From assembly GCA_040260805.1 (NCBI GenBank), contig JBDQPD010000001.1, positions 4,802 through 68,801 of the forward strand: DNA of 64,000 nucleotides. The letters run 5' to 3'. Shown here one piece after another: positions 8,803 through 17,768 of this stretch. The DNA is from Myxococcota bacterium (GTDB lineage Bacteria; Myxococcota; UBA4151). Both the position numbers and the translations under genes were made by a program. Within the stretch, counting starts at the first letter, position 1. Every line of letters starts with the position of its first letter. Under the pieces are notes generated by a model, which did not search any database, was not told where the DNA came from, and worked only from the letters and a program-made list of their open reading frames with translations.

Positions 8803-9678
8803 TTAGGGGAGCAGTTTGACCAGCGCTCGCTGACGCGCTTGGCGCAGGGTCTCCGCTAACGCTTTACGCGCATTTTGCTGACGAAGGCTGTTGCGGAGTT
8901 GCTCGCGTTGGGCGTCGTTTTCAACTTCTCGGCGAATGGCCACGATGTGGATCAGATGGATCCCAAAAGCCGAACGGACGGGACCGACAACGGCACCTTC
9001 TTGTCCAGCAAAAGCGCTCTTTTCAAAAGCTGGGTCGGTGAGGCCTCGGCCGATCCAGCCCAGATCTCCGCCATTACCCGCGCTTGGGTCTTCGCTGTTC
9101 GTCTTGGCGAGCTCTGCAAAGGTTTCACCTGACCCCAGTCGGGTCTTGAGCGCCTCTGCGCGACCTCGCGCATCGTCGACTTCCCAGTCCTTGGCGTTGG
9201 GCTCTAACCGCAGCAAGAGATGGCTGAGTCTTCGTTGTTCGACCAGTTTAGGTTGCCTCGCCATCGCTTGTTTGAGCTCGCGGTCAGTGACTTGCGTGCC
9301 GCGCGCCATGATCGCTCCCATGATTTGACGTTCAATCAATTGCTCTTTGAGTTCGGTTCGATATTGCTGCCAGCTGCGTCCGCTTGCCTGAACGGCTTGC
9401 ATCAAGGTCGCAAGATCAGGAATTTTATTACGGGTTCTGATCTGCTCAACCGCTTGATCCAAAGCGGCCTCATCGACCTCAATACCGCGGCGTTTCGCCT
9501 CGGCGAGTAAGAGGCGTTTTTCGATCAATTGTTCGATCGCCGCTTGGGTGTCGCGACTCGCTCCGAGCTCGGATGCTAGGATCGGCTGCCCATCGACCAC
9601 GGCTACAATTCGGTCAACCAGCAACTCGGAGCCCGGCAAAGCAAGGCTGATGATCAGTGGAACAATCGGAAGGATCAC
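8803..9678 (-). CDS. SurA-like periplasmic chaperone/parvulin-type peptidyl-prolyl isomerase, paralog 3 of 3
   Basis: Single parvulin domain (GGDLGWIGRGLTDPAFEKSAF...GIHLIHIV) after a SurA-N-like helical region. Hydrophobic N-terminus. Adjacent to pdxA. Confidence 0.7.
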   Translation of the reverse strand: MILPIVPLIISLALPGSELLVDRIVAVVDGQPILASELGASRDTQAAIEQLIEKRLLLAEAKRRGIEVDEAALDQAVEQIRTRNKIPDLATLMQAVQASGRSWQQYRTELKEQLIERQIMGAIMARGTQVTDRELKQAMARQPKLVEQRRLSHLLLRLEPNAKDWEVDDARGRAEALKTRLGSGETFAELAKTNSEDPSAGNGGDLGWIGRGLTDPAFEKSAFAGQEGAVVGPVRSAFGIHLIHIVAIRREVENDAQREQLRNSLRQQNARKALAETLRQARQRALVKLLP

Positions 9679-10589
9679 GGCGTCTCCATGGCGCTACTCA
9701 GCGTCCGCTCAAGGGCTGCTAGCGCGCCCGGCACCTTGCGAATCTTCGCGGCGCCGCGCAAGCGTGCGATCAACTGACCTTGTAAAGCGCCCTCGCGCGT
9801 TCTGAGGATGTCTCGCTGTGCTCGGTCATCCGTTGGCTTGCCTTCGGCTTCTCGGCGCTCGAGCCTGAGGACGTGCCATCCGTGCTCACTGCGCAGCGGC
9901 TCGCTGACCTCACCCAACTTTAGGCTGAAGGCTTGGTCAAAAACAGGGGGGAGCTCGCCTCGGCTAAATGCCGGCAAAATACCGCCTTGGTCGGCTTCGG
10001 GGGCGCTGCTGAAACGGCGCACCAGATCGGCAAATGAAAACCGCTTTTTGCGGAACAAGCCGAGCGCTTCAGTCGCTTCGCTTTTGCTCGCCGTGAGCAG
10101 ATGCCGTACCACCACCTTTTCTTCGGTAGGGTGTTTGGCGACCCACGCATCGATGGCTTCACGAGAGATCGGCTGGCTAGCTGCTTCTTTGCCGAGCAGC
10201 AGCTCGGCGAGCATGCGCAATTGAACGCGCTGCTTTAGATCCGTATCCTGAAGCGCTAAGCGGTCTAAAGTGCGCCGGAAGCGGTGGCTTGGATAGCGAC
10301 GCTGAAGGGCAGCAAGCGCACGAGTTAGCGCATCTTCAGAGGGGCTAATTCCCTGCTTCTGAGCCTCTTCGGCCAGCAACCTCAAATCAATCTCATCTTC
10401 GAGCAAGCGCTCAAGAATGGGCAACCAGTCGGTTGGTGTGAGCTCCCCATATTGCCGCAATGCGCGCAGCATCAGGGCGTGACCCTCGATCGGTTGGTCC
10501 CCAAGATAAGCGATGACCTTAGGCGCAGCTGCAGGGCCTGCCGGCTCGCAGCCGGCAAAGGCGATCAGGCTGAGCAGGACGAGGCGCAC
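9675..10589 (-). CDS. SurA-like parvulin-type peptidyl-prolyl isomerase, paralog 2
   Basis: Lipoprotein-like N-term (LIAFAGCEP). Parvulin motif GGILPAFSRGELPPVFDQAFSL...HGWHVLRLE. 4-nt overlap with the downstream paralog. Confidence 0.7.
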   Translation of the reverse strand: MRLVLLSLIAFAGCEPAGPAAAPKVIAYLGDQPIEGHALMLRALRQYGELTPTDWLPILERLLEDEIDLRLLAEEAQKQGISPSEDALTRALAALQRRYPSHRFRRTLDRLALQDTDLKQRVQLRMLAELLLGKEAASQPISREAIDAWVAKHPTEEKVVVRHLLTASKSEATEALGLFRKKRFSFADLVRRFSSAPEADQGGILPAFSRGELPPVFDQAFSLKLGEVSEPLRSEHGWHVLRLERREAEGKPTDDRAQRDILRTREGALQGQLIARLRGAAKIRKVPGALAALERTLSSAMETP

Positions 10590-10592
10590 GTT

Positions 10593-11762
10593 TTATTTAG
10601 TGGGTTTGACCACTCCCTTACCGGGGGTGATCGTGACCGACTTCTTGCCGTGCGAGTGACCGTTTTGACCGTTGACCTGCCCCGAATGACCCTTTTTGCC
10701 GTGCGAGTGGCCGAAGTGACCAGCGCCTGGAGGACGAATCCCAGCAGGAGGGGGAGCTTTGCCAGCCTTGGGTTTAGCGATTTTGATCGACTCCAAAGCT
10801 GCGTCGTCAAGTTTGTACTCGGTTTTAGCGCGCAGCTCTTCGAGGAAGCTCTTCATCGTGTCGCGACGTTGCTTGCGATAGATCCGGTGACGGATCTGCT
10901 CTTTGACGTCCTTGAAGTCCTGCGAGTGAGCATGGCGTCGTCCGGTCAGCCGGAAGATATGCCAACCCTCTTTGCCTTCAACGATATCGGTCATCGTGTT
11001 GATCTTAGGTAGGTTCCAAACCGCTTTAGCTAGCGCATCGCCAAAGCGCTCCTGGAGCTGTGGTTCGGTCAGGTAGCGCAAGTCGCCACCGATCGCCTTG
11101 GTGCTGTCATCGTCGCTCGCTTCGGCGGCTTGCTTACGAAACAGGCCGCGGTCCTTTTTGAGGCCGGCTTTGAGCGCTGCTTGAACTTTCTGCAGCTCTT
11201 TTTTCGCCACCTCTTTTTTGCCTAAGAACTTCTTGTAGATGTGGCTGATCCGAACAGCTCCTGGCTTATGATAATCGTCATAGTGGTCATCATAATACTT
11301 CTTGGCTTGGACCTCATCGATGGCGTCAAAGTTCGTACGCTCCTCGACGGTTCGGCGGCTCAGCTCCTGCGCTAAAGCGCTCTGGAGCGTATCAAGGACC
11401 TTCTCATCTTTGTGCAGATTGAGTCGGATCGCCTCTTGAGCGAGCAACGCTTTGTCCATCAGGTGCTCGACATACTCTTGGCGACGCTCTTTGCTCTGGT
11501 AGCGAGCGCGCACGAAGGGCGTCATACCGTTGATCTTCTTCTCCATCGCCTCGACCGTGAGACGTTGGTCACCGATGGTGGCTAAGGTTTTGCCCTCTGC
11601 GTTCTCGCTTGCGAACAAGTCGCACGATTCACCTGAAGCGGGCGCAGCAGCCGGCTGAGGCTGACAGCCGCCTAAGGCGACGGCGCATAATAAGAGATAG
11701 CGGTTCATGAGCACTCCGTAGTCGAATAGTTGGCGGCGCAGCGGTAGCAGCGCCGGTGCCAT
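10593..11762 (-). CDS. SurA-like parvulin-type peptidyl-prolyl isomerase, paralog 1, with C-terminal His/Gly/Lys-rich tail
   Basis: Lipoprotein-like N-term (LGGCQPQ). Parvulin motif GGDLRYLTEPQL...GWHIFRL. C-terminal tail HFGHSHGKKGHSGQVNGQNGHSHGKK. Confidence 0.7.
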   Translation of the reverse strand: MAPALLPLRRQLFDYGVLMNRYLLLCAVALGGCQPQPAAAPASGESCDLFASENAEGKTLATIGDQRLTVEAMEKKINGMTPFVRARYQSKERRQEYVEHLMDKALLAQEAIRLNLHKDEKVLDTLQSALAQELSRRTVEERTNFDAIDEVQAKKYYDDHYDDYHKPGAVRISHIYKKFLGKKEVAKKELQKVQAALKAGLKKDRGLFRKQAAEASDDDSTKAIGGDLRYLTEPQLQERFGDALAKAVWNLPKINTMTDIVEGKEGWHIFRLTGRRHAHSQDFKDVKEQIRHRIYRKQRRDTMKSFLEELRAKTEYKLDDAALESIKIAKPKAGKAPPPAGIRPPGAGHFGHSHGKKGHSGQVNGQNGHSHGKKSVTITPGKGVVKPTK

Positions 11763-11786
11763 GCATCAATCCCTGAAAGGCGAGCT

Positions 11787-12326
11787 TTATTCCTGCTGCG
11801 AAGGCGGTCGGTTAAAGTTCTTCAAGCGTTCAGGGGCGATTCCGAGATCAGCCGGGTTGATCCGCGCCGCACGGAGCGCTTTGAAGCAGGCTTTTAAAGA
11901 GGCACCTTTTGTCTCTAAAAAAGACCGCTCAACGATGCAGGGCAGGGTCGCCCTCGAATCGCCAAGAATTGAGCACCCAGGCGGCGCAGAGCCCAGAAAG
12001 CCGCCAAGGTCTTCGGCGGTCAAAAGCGGCATATCCACGGCGATCACTAAGGAGCGCTTTGCGTTTTCACAGAGCCAGTAGCGCAAAGCTTCGGCGGGGC
12101 CTTCGCCAGGATCGCTGCTCACTTCGACACCCTGATCTAAGCGCGACCAAAACCGGTGCGGGTTACGGCCAGCGAGCAGAACGATCCGTCCGCAATGAGG
12201 TTTGAGCTGCGCAATCGCATGATCGATCATCGCTGTTTCATCGATCGTATCGAGCGCTTTGTCGGCACCGTAGCGCTTCGATTCGCCTCCGCAGAGGATT
12301 AAACCTGTGATTTGAGATGATCCCAT
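11787..12326 (-). CDS. mobA: Molybdenum cofactor guanylyltransferase MobA
   Basis: ITGLILCGGESKRYGADKAL is the MobA N-terminal signature. Start set at the ATG preceded by a GGAGG RBS (minus strand). The longer ORF extension was not used. Confidence 0.75.
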   Translation of the reverse strand: MGSSQITGLILCGGESKRYGADKALDTIDETAMIDHAIAQLKPHCGRIVLLAGRNPHRFWSRLDQGVEVSSDPGEGPAEALRYWLCENAKRSLVIAVDMPLLTAEDLGGFLGSAPPGCSILGDSRATLPCIVERSFLETKGASLKACFKALRAARINPADLGIAPERLKNFNRPPSQQE

Positions 12327-13534
12327 TGAGCCTCCGGAGCGGTGCCGCAATCGGGACCTTCAAGCGCTAGGTAGGGCTGCAGATCGCCAGCTGACGTTTC
12401 GGCGGCGTTTGCGGGACGGTAGATCAAGGCGTCGACCGTGAGCAGCGAGCTCAAATCGCCTGAACCTTGACGAGCTTTAGCAATCAACCCCTCGGCGCAG
12501 AGCCTGGCGCGCAAGAACTCAACGCGCGTCCCCGCCGCTTTGAGCTGCTTTAAACCACGCGCCAAACGAAGCGTTCGATGCGGGGTCGTTGAGCCCGATA
12601 GCGCTTTGATCATCGGGCGAGCAAACAACTCGAAGCTCACCATGGTTGAGGCTGGGTTACCCGGCAGACCGAGCAAGGTGCAGTCACCAACCTTTGCTGC
12701 GGCGACCGGTTTCCCTGGTTTCATGCAGACTTTATAAAAAGTGAGCCCCCCGCACAGGTCTGAAAGCGCAGACCCGATGTGATCGTGGTCGCCGACGCTG
12801 ACCCCTCCTGAAAGCAGCACCAGGTCGGCATGATCGATCACGTGGCGCAGCGCGTGATCCACCTGCGCTCGATCATCGGCTAGATGACCTACCTTTACAA
12901 TGTCTGCGCCGCTTTGCAGGGCAGCGTGCCGCAGAAAGAGCGCATTGCTGTCGTAGACCTGACCGGTCTGTCGCTTGGACCCGAGCGGAACGACCTCGTC
13001 GCCGGTTGAGAAGATCGCGACCCTTGGGCGTCGGTGACAGGTCACCTCGCTAAGACCTAATCCAACCAGCGCTGAGAGGTCCGAGCCCCTGAGCGAGACG
13101 CCTTGATCGATGAGGTGAGCTCCAGCCTCGAAGTCGGAGCCAAGGTGCCGGATGTGCCGATCGGCCTTTAGCGGTTGATCGGTTTTGAGAAGCTCACCGT
13201 CTCGCTCGCAGTTTTCTTGGATTAAGATCGTATTAGCGCCCTTAGGAACCACGCCGCCGGTGAAAATTCGTACGGCCTGATCTGCGTTGATCGACCCCTC
13301 ATAAGGAGCGCCCGCGGCCGATTCACCGACGACATGCCAAGGTCCATTACTGGCTAAGACGGCGTAACCGTCCATCGCCGAATTGTCCTCAAAGGGGTAA
13401 GCTTCGGGCGCCAGGACATCATGAGCGAGCACCCGACCCAAAGCCTCTTCGGTGGGCAGCGTCTCGACGCCTCTTGTGGTTGCCTGTGCCAGCAGCTGCC
13501 TGAGGGCTTCATCGATCGGCATGAGCGCCATCAT
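12299..13534 (-). CDS. moeA: Molybdopterin molybdotransferase MoeA
   Basis: MoeA N-domain (PFEDNSAMDGYAV), the MoeA_C pattern and the molybdopterin-binding fold GxG. Start placed at the MMALM Met cluster that abuts the upstream gene stop. The 103-codon upstream extension of the ORF is judged an artefact. Confidence 0.8.
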   Translation of the reverse strand: MMALMPIDEALRQLLAQATTRGVETLPTEEALGRVLAHDVLAPEAYPFEDNSAMDGYAVLASNGPWHVVGESAAGAPYEGSINADQAVRIFTGGVVPKGANTILIQENCERDGELLKTDQPLKADRHIRHLGSDFEAGAHLIDQGVSLRGSDLSALVGLGLSEVTCHRRPRVAIFSTGDEVVPLGSKRQTGQVYDSNALFLRHAALQSGADIVKVGHLADDRAQVDHALRHVIDHADLVLLSGGVSVGDHDHIGSALSDLCGGLTFYKVCMKPGKPVAAAKVGDCTLLGLPGNPASTMVSFELFARPMIKALSGSTTPHRTLRLARGLKQLKAAGTRVEFLRARLCAEGLIAKARQGSGDLSSLLTVDALIYRPANAAETSAGDLQPYLALEGPDCGTAPEAQWDHLKSQV

Positions 13535-14721
13535 TAGCGCCGTTTTTTCGCAGGGATCGGGATGATCAGCTTTTGACCGAGCCTCAGCGTTGAGCGGGTG
13601 GTCATGTTGTTGGCTCGAGCGATCTCTAAAACCTTTGCGCCCCAGCGGCGCGCAATGCCGGAGAGCGTGTCGCCTCGCTTGACGCGATAGGTTTGGATGA
13701 ATCGGGTCTCTTGAACCGGGACTTTGGCGAGTTTTTCGCCGCAATCTTCTGGGGTGACCTTGGGAAGACGCAATCCAAAAGCTTTGCCGTAGAGATGAGC
13801 AGGCGGGGTGATACCCTGCTTGAGCGTTGGGTTGAGCTGCCAAAGCATGGCGCTGTCTAAACCGCAGACCTCCGCAATTTTATCCAAGGAGAGCGGTCGA
13901 CTGATCGGCAGCAGCTTAGTCTCGATGACCTCGTCGGGACGAGGGGTTCGAAACCCATAGTGTTCGGGTCGTTGGGCTAGCGTCGCAGCGGCTAAAAGCT
14001 TGGGGACATAGTTTCGGGTTTCGGTGGGGAGCTCGGATGATATGGACCAAAAGTCTCGCTCGCCGGTGCGCGTTTGCGCACGCCGAACTCTTCCCGGACC
14101 TGCGTTATAGGCTGCCCAGGCGAGATACCAGTCATCAAAGCGGTCATGCAGCGCCAAAAGATAGCGAGCGGCAGCTCTCGTCGCTTGCCCTAAGTCGGCG
14201 CGTTCATCGACGAAGTGCCCTGTCTTTAAACCAAAAGCTCTCGCCGTCGCTGGGATGAATTGCCAGACGCCCTGAGCCCCCGCTCGCGAGCGAGCTCGAG
14301 CTCTGAAACCGGACTCGATCATCGCTAAGTAGACTAGATCTTTTGGCGCTCCGACCTCTTCAAGGATTGGACGTAGCTGCGGAATAAGAAGGGCTGAACG
14401 ATCAAGCCATGCCTGAAAGGTTCGTCGACCCCTGCCCGTGAAAAACCGAATGTAGGCTTGGACCTTTGGGTTGGTTGTCCAGGGGATATCGAGCGCTGGA
14501 GGTGTCCCGTCTGCGTGACGCGAGAGGCTTTGATCAGGCCATGGTGCGCCCTGCGCAAAGGCTCGTTTAAGTTTCCATCCTCGCAGCGGTTTTTTGCTCT
14601 GGGGACTTCGTCGTCGTTTCGCCTCTTGGGCGAAGAAGGCCTGCTCCATCGCCTTGAGCTTTTGCATTTCATCGGCACCGGACCCTTGGGTCGCAGCGAG
14701 ACTGATCAGGACGCTGATCAT
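13534..14721 (-). CDS. Membrane-bound lytic murein transglycosylase (MltD-like) with C-terminal LysM domain
   Basis: SLT motif LAMIESGFR...GAQGVWQFIPATA. C-term LysM YRVKRGDTLSGIARRWGAKVLEIARANN...GQKLIIP. Confidence 0.75.
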   Translation of the reverse strand: MISVLISLAATQGSGADEMQKLKAMEQAFFAQEAKRRRSPQSKKPLRGWKLKRAFAQGAPWPDQSLSRHADGTPPALDIPWTTNPKVQAYIRFFTGRGRRTFQAWLDRSALLIPQLRPILEEVGAPKDLVYLAMIESGFRARARSRAGAQGVWQFIPATARAFGLKTGHFVDERADLGQATRAAARYLLALHDRFDDWYLAWAAYNAGPGRVRRAQTRTGERDFWSISSELPTETRNYVPKLLAAATLAQRPEHYGFRTPRPDEVIETKLLPISRPLSLDKIAEVCGLDSAMLWQLNPTLKQGITPPAHLYGKAFGLRLPKVTPEDCGEKLAKVPVQETRFIQTYRVKRGDTLSGIARRWGAKVLEIARANNMTTRSTLRLGQKLIIPIPAKKRR

Positions 14722-16172
14722 TTCTTGGCCTCGTGCCCCGGGCCTAGGACGCGCTTTAGACGGTCTTCATAGATGAAGGTGTTGGTGTGAGGAGGGTGGT
14801 GGCAATTCGTGCACCCTTCGACCGGGACCTCCCTTTTGATCAGCGCCTTGTTCCCACTCGCTGCGTGCAAAGACCCGGGCCCATGGCAGCTCTCACATCC
14901 GACATTAACCCGATCGGCGGCTTCACTAATTCGGCAGAACCCGCCGGGCTCATCAAAGCCGGCGCTGTGACAGCCAACGCAGGTGTAATCGTAGGTGCGT
15001 CCTTTGTGTTCGAGCGTCGCCCACGCTTTGGCGTGGGGCGTCGTCTTCCACAGCGCGTAGGCTTGGGCGTGGCAGCCCTGACAAGCCGCGCTGCCAATGT
15101 ATTGCGGCTGGTCCGCTCCCACAGGAGCCTTGCACTCGCGGTTTCTCTCTAGCTTCTTATTCAACGCACTGATCGCTCGGTGATGGGCTTGAATCGCTGA
15201 ATTCATCGACGCGTCTTCGGTGATGTTTGAATCCAGAGGAACACGTTGTCCTGACAGGGTACTCCCCTTAGCTGGCGGTTTGGGTAGAGGGCTCGCCAGA
15301 AGCTCGCTGCGGTCCACTTTCGCGCGCTGAACCTGAGCGGTGCGCGCTGCCAAAAGTGCCTTGGGCTTTTGCCGCACCTTGGCTCGGTCCCGTTGCTTGA
15401 TCAGCCCATCGATTCGGCTCTGCATCGCTTTGAGCGCCGCGGCGCGCTCCCCAGCCCCTTCGAGGCGGGCTAAGGCACCACCTTGCCAGTGAAGATCGAC
15501 TTCAAGAACTTGTTGCCCGCGCTCGCCACCGGTCAAGGCAAAGAGCCCTTCACTGAGTTGGACGATCGCTGGGCTCTCGTCGGTTTCGGACAGGATGATC
15601 AAATCGATGCCCAGCCGGAGCCAGTCAGAGGTCTTCGCCTTGGCTTGCTCAAGGTCGCCATCAAAGAGTAAAACCGCAGGGCGAAGTGGGTCCACTGCCG
15701 CGGCCGGCGCGCCGCGCAGAAATTGGATACCTTTGACCCGTTTGAGCTCGTTGACCTCAAGCCAGGGCATGGCGTCGACCGTGCGCAGTCCTTGGAACGA
15801 GGACTCAAGTTGAGCATCGGCGTGACCATTGCCCGAGATGACCAAGCCCATTTCGATCAGTTTGCGCTGCAAAAACTCGCCGGCCTGCTGAATTTGAGGG
15901 GCTGATCCCGAGCTCACTTTTCCGGGGCTAACCAGGTCGCCGTGAGCGACCAAGACAGGCTCTACTCCGGGCTCTTTGCGCGCCTTGAGGTAAGAGGCCA
16001 GGCGGGCCAATCCACCCAGGGGCTCGAGGGTGCATCCGCAGGGCTCTAGCTCACCGCGCAACTCCGACAAGACGAACAATCGATAATGACTGATCGCTTG
16101 GTCCGGACCGGGAGCTTTGGAAGAGCAGGACTGGACGACCAGCGATCCCAGCAGTAGCGAAGCGATGCGCAT
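14718..16172 (-). CDS. Tetraheme c-type cytochrome fused to an N-terminal degenerate calcineurin-like/5'-nucleotidase-like domain; lipoprotein
   Basis: Four CxxCH motifs (CQGCH, CVGCH, CESCH, CTNCH) in the C-terminal ~130 aa. Start set at MRIASLLLGSLVVQSCSS (lipobox). N-domain shows VLVAHGD and GNGHAD-like remnants of metallophosphoesterase motifs. Confidence 0.6.
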   Translation of the reverse strand: MRIASLLLGSLVVQSCSSKAPGPDQAISHYRLFVLSELRGELEPCGCTLEPLGGLARLASYLKARKEPGVEPVLVAHGDLVSPGKVSSGSAPQIQQAGEFLQRKLIEMGLVISGNGHADAQLESSFQGLRTVDAMPWLEVNELKRVKGIQFLRGAPAAAVDPLRPAVLLFDGDLEQAKAKTSDWLRLGIDLIILSETDESPAIVQLSEGLFALTGGERGQQVLEVDLHWQGGALARLEGAGERAAALKAMQSRIDGLIKQRDRAKVRQKPKALLAARTAQVQRAKVDRSELLASPLPKPPAKGSTLSGQRVPLDSNITEDASMNSAIQAHHRAISALNKKLERNRECKAPVGADQPQYIGSAACQGCHAQAYALWKTTPHAKAWATLEHKGRTYDYTCVGCHSAGFDEPGGFCRISEAADRVNVGCESCHGPGSLHAASGNKALIKREVPVEGCTNCHHPPHTNTFIYEDRLKRVLGPGHEAKK

Positions 16173-16242
16173 GGTGTGAACTCTCCCTTCTCCCGTGGGA
16201 CAAAGTGGCACGAATTGAGCGATCAAGCGAAAGAGGGGTCCT

Positions 16243-16839
16243 TTGGAACTGTTTCCAATTAGCTTGGTTTTGGGGTCTGCGCTCTTAGGCTCGGTGCCCT
16301 TTGGGTTTGTACTGGCCAAGTACTTTCTAGGTGTTGATCTCAAAGCGGTGGGTTCTGGTAACATCGGAGCCACCAACGCTTCTCGTGCCGGTGGTATTCG
16401 CTTTGGCGCAACCATTTTACTGCTCGACGCCCTCAAGGGCTTTATCGGCCCTTTTGTCGTTCAGGCGATGGGTTTGCCTGATTTTTGGATCGCAGCAGCG
16501 GGTTTAGCGGCCGTGATTGGCCATTGCTATACTCCTTTTCTTCGATTCAGCGGGGGGAAGGGTGTCGCCACTGGACTGGGTGTTATTATCGCCTTTGAGC
16601 CTTGGCTCGGAGGGGTTGGGGTTGCGGTTTATGCTGTTGTATTAGCTGTTTTTCGCACCAGCGCTATCGGCAGCCTGGTCGCCACAGCGAATTGTGTTGC
16701 GATCGCTTGGATGGTCCCTAGTTTTTCAGATCGTCCGGGTGTTCGGGTCGCATTAGCTGTGATCTGTGTCTTGATCGTTTGGCGACATCGCAGCAACCTA
16801 GCAGCCATTCGCCAACAATCTGTTGATGGGCCTGCATGA
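16243..16839 (+). CDS. plsY: Glycerol-3-phosphate acyltransferase PlsY
   Basis: LGSVPFGFVLAKYF...GSGNIGATNASRAGG is the PlsY signature. Multi-TM protein. Confidence 0.9.
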   Translation: MELFPISLVLGSALLGSVPFGFVLAKYFLGVDLKAVGSGNIGATNASRAGGIRFGATILLLDALKGFIGPFVVQAMGLPDFWIAAAGLAAVIGHCYTPFLRFSGGKGVATGLGVIIAFEPWLGGVGVAVYAVVLAVFRTSAIGSLVATANCVAIAWMVPSFSDRPGVRVALAVICVLIVWRHRSNLAAIRQQSVDGPA

Positions 16840-17768
16840 GCGACGACGACTTTAGCGATGAGACACGCATCCTGACCACGTCCGAATTCCGTTTGGATGA
16901 ACTGGTCGGTGCAGCGGGCGAGCGCAGCGCGGTGTTGACCGTGCTCCGGGGCAGGCGGCGCGGCGCAACTTTTCAGATCGGTAGCAGCGTGACGGTGCTT
17001 GGGCGCGGTGAGCGTTCGGATGTACGCCTTGATGATGATGGCGTAAGCCGTCGCCACGCCGAGTTGGTGCGCCTCGATGATGGGGCGGTTCAGATTCGAG
17101 ATCTGGGAAGCACCAACGGCACCTTCGTGAACGGCGAGCGGGTCGCCGAGCGGGTGCTTGAGGATGATGACCGAGTCGCCCTAGGAACCACTACCCTGCT
17201 CAAGTTTGAGTTGCATGATGCGATGGAGATCAAGCTCAAAGCTGAGATGTATCAAAAGGCGACACGCGACCAGCTCACCGGGATGTTCAATCGTCGGTAC
17301 TGCTTTGATCGCCTGCGTGAAGAGTTTAGCTTTGCGCAGCGCCATGGCCAGCCGCTCGCTGTGGTCATGTTCGATGTGGATCACTTCAAGCAAGTGAACG
17401 ACACTTACGGTCATGCAGCCGGTGACGCCGTGCTGCAGCGCATTGGCAAAGTCGTCATGGAACTGGTCCGCAACGAGGACGTTGTGTGTCGTTATGGTGG
17501 TGAAGAGTTTGTCTGTATTTTGCGCGGCTTGACCTTAGACCAAGGTGAGCTCTTTGCAGACCGAGTGCGTCGATCCATTGAGTCGCAAACGGTGATCAGC
17601 GCCGAGCACCAACTCCAAGTGACAGTTTCGCTCGGTGTGGCGAGCCTAGACGGCGTGAATTTCACAAGCCCTGAAGAGCTGGTGAACGAGGCGGATGCTT
17701 ATCTTTATGTGGCGAAAGAGGGCGGCCGCAATCAGGTCGCCTCGGCGCTTACTGCGACCACCGAATAA
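16836..17768 (+). CDS. FHA domain-containing diguanylate cyclase (FHA-GGDEF)
   Basis: FHA: TFQIGSSVTVLGRGERSDVRLDDDGVSRRHAEL...STNGTFVNGERV. GGDEF: RYGGEEFV with upstream DxxHFKQVND. 4-nt overlaps with plsY and a direct abutment with dnaE. Confidence 0.85.
   Translation: MSDDDFSDETRILTTSEFRLDELVGAAGERSAVLTVLRGRRRGATFQIGSSVTVLGRGERSDVRLDDDGVSRRHAELVRLDDGAVQIRDLGSTNGTFVNGERVAERVLEDDDRVALGTTTLLKFELHDAMEIKLKAEMYQKATRDQLTGMFNRRYCFDRLREEFSFAQRHGQPLAVVMFDVDHFKQVNDTYGHAAGDAVLQRIGKVVMELVRNEDVVCRYGGEEFVCILRGLTLDQGELFADRVRRSIESQTVISAEHQLQVTVSLGVASLDGVNFTSPEELVNEADAYLYVAKEGGRNQVASALTATTE

Noticed and set aside
13535-13843. 103-codon N-terminal extension of the moeA ORF (the 514-aa frame)
   Set aside because: It overlaps the whole 3' end of the upstream transglycosylase gene in another frame. 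MoeA homology begins at the MMALM Met cluster, exactly where the upstream gene stops, so the extension is treated as an artefact.
16173-16436. 88-codon upstream extension of the cytochrome ORF
   Set aside because: A lipoprotein signal peptide (MRIASLLLGSLVVQSCSS) begins at the internal Met. The extension would run through the divergent plsY promoter region.
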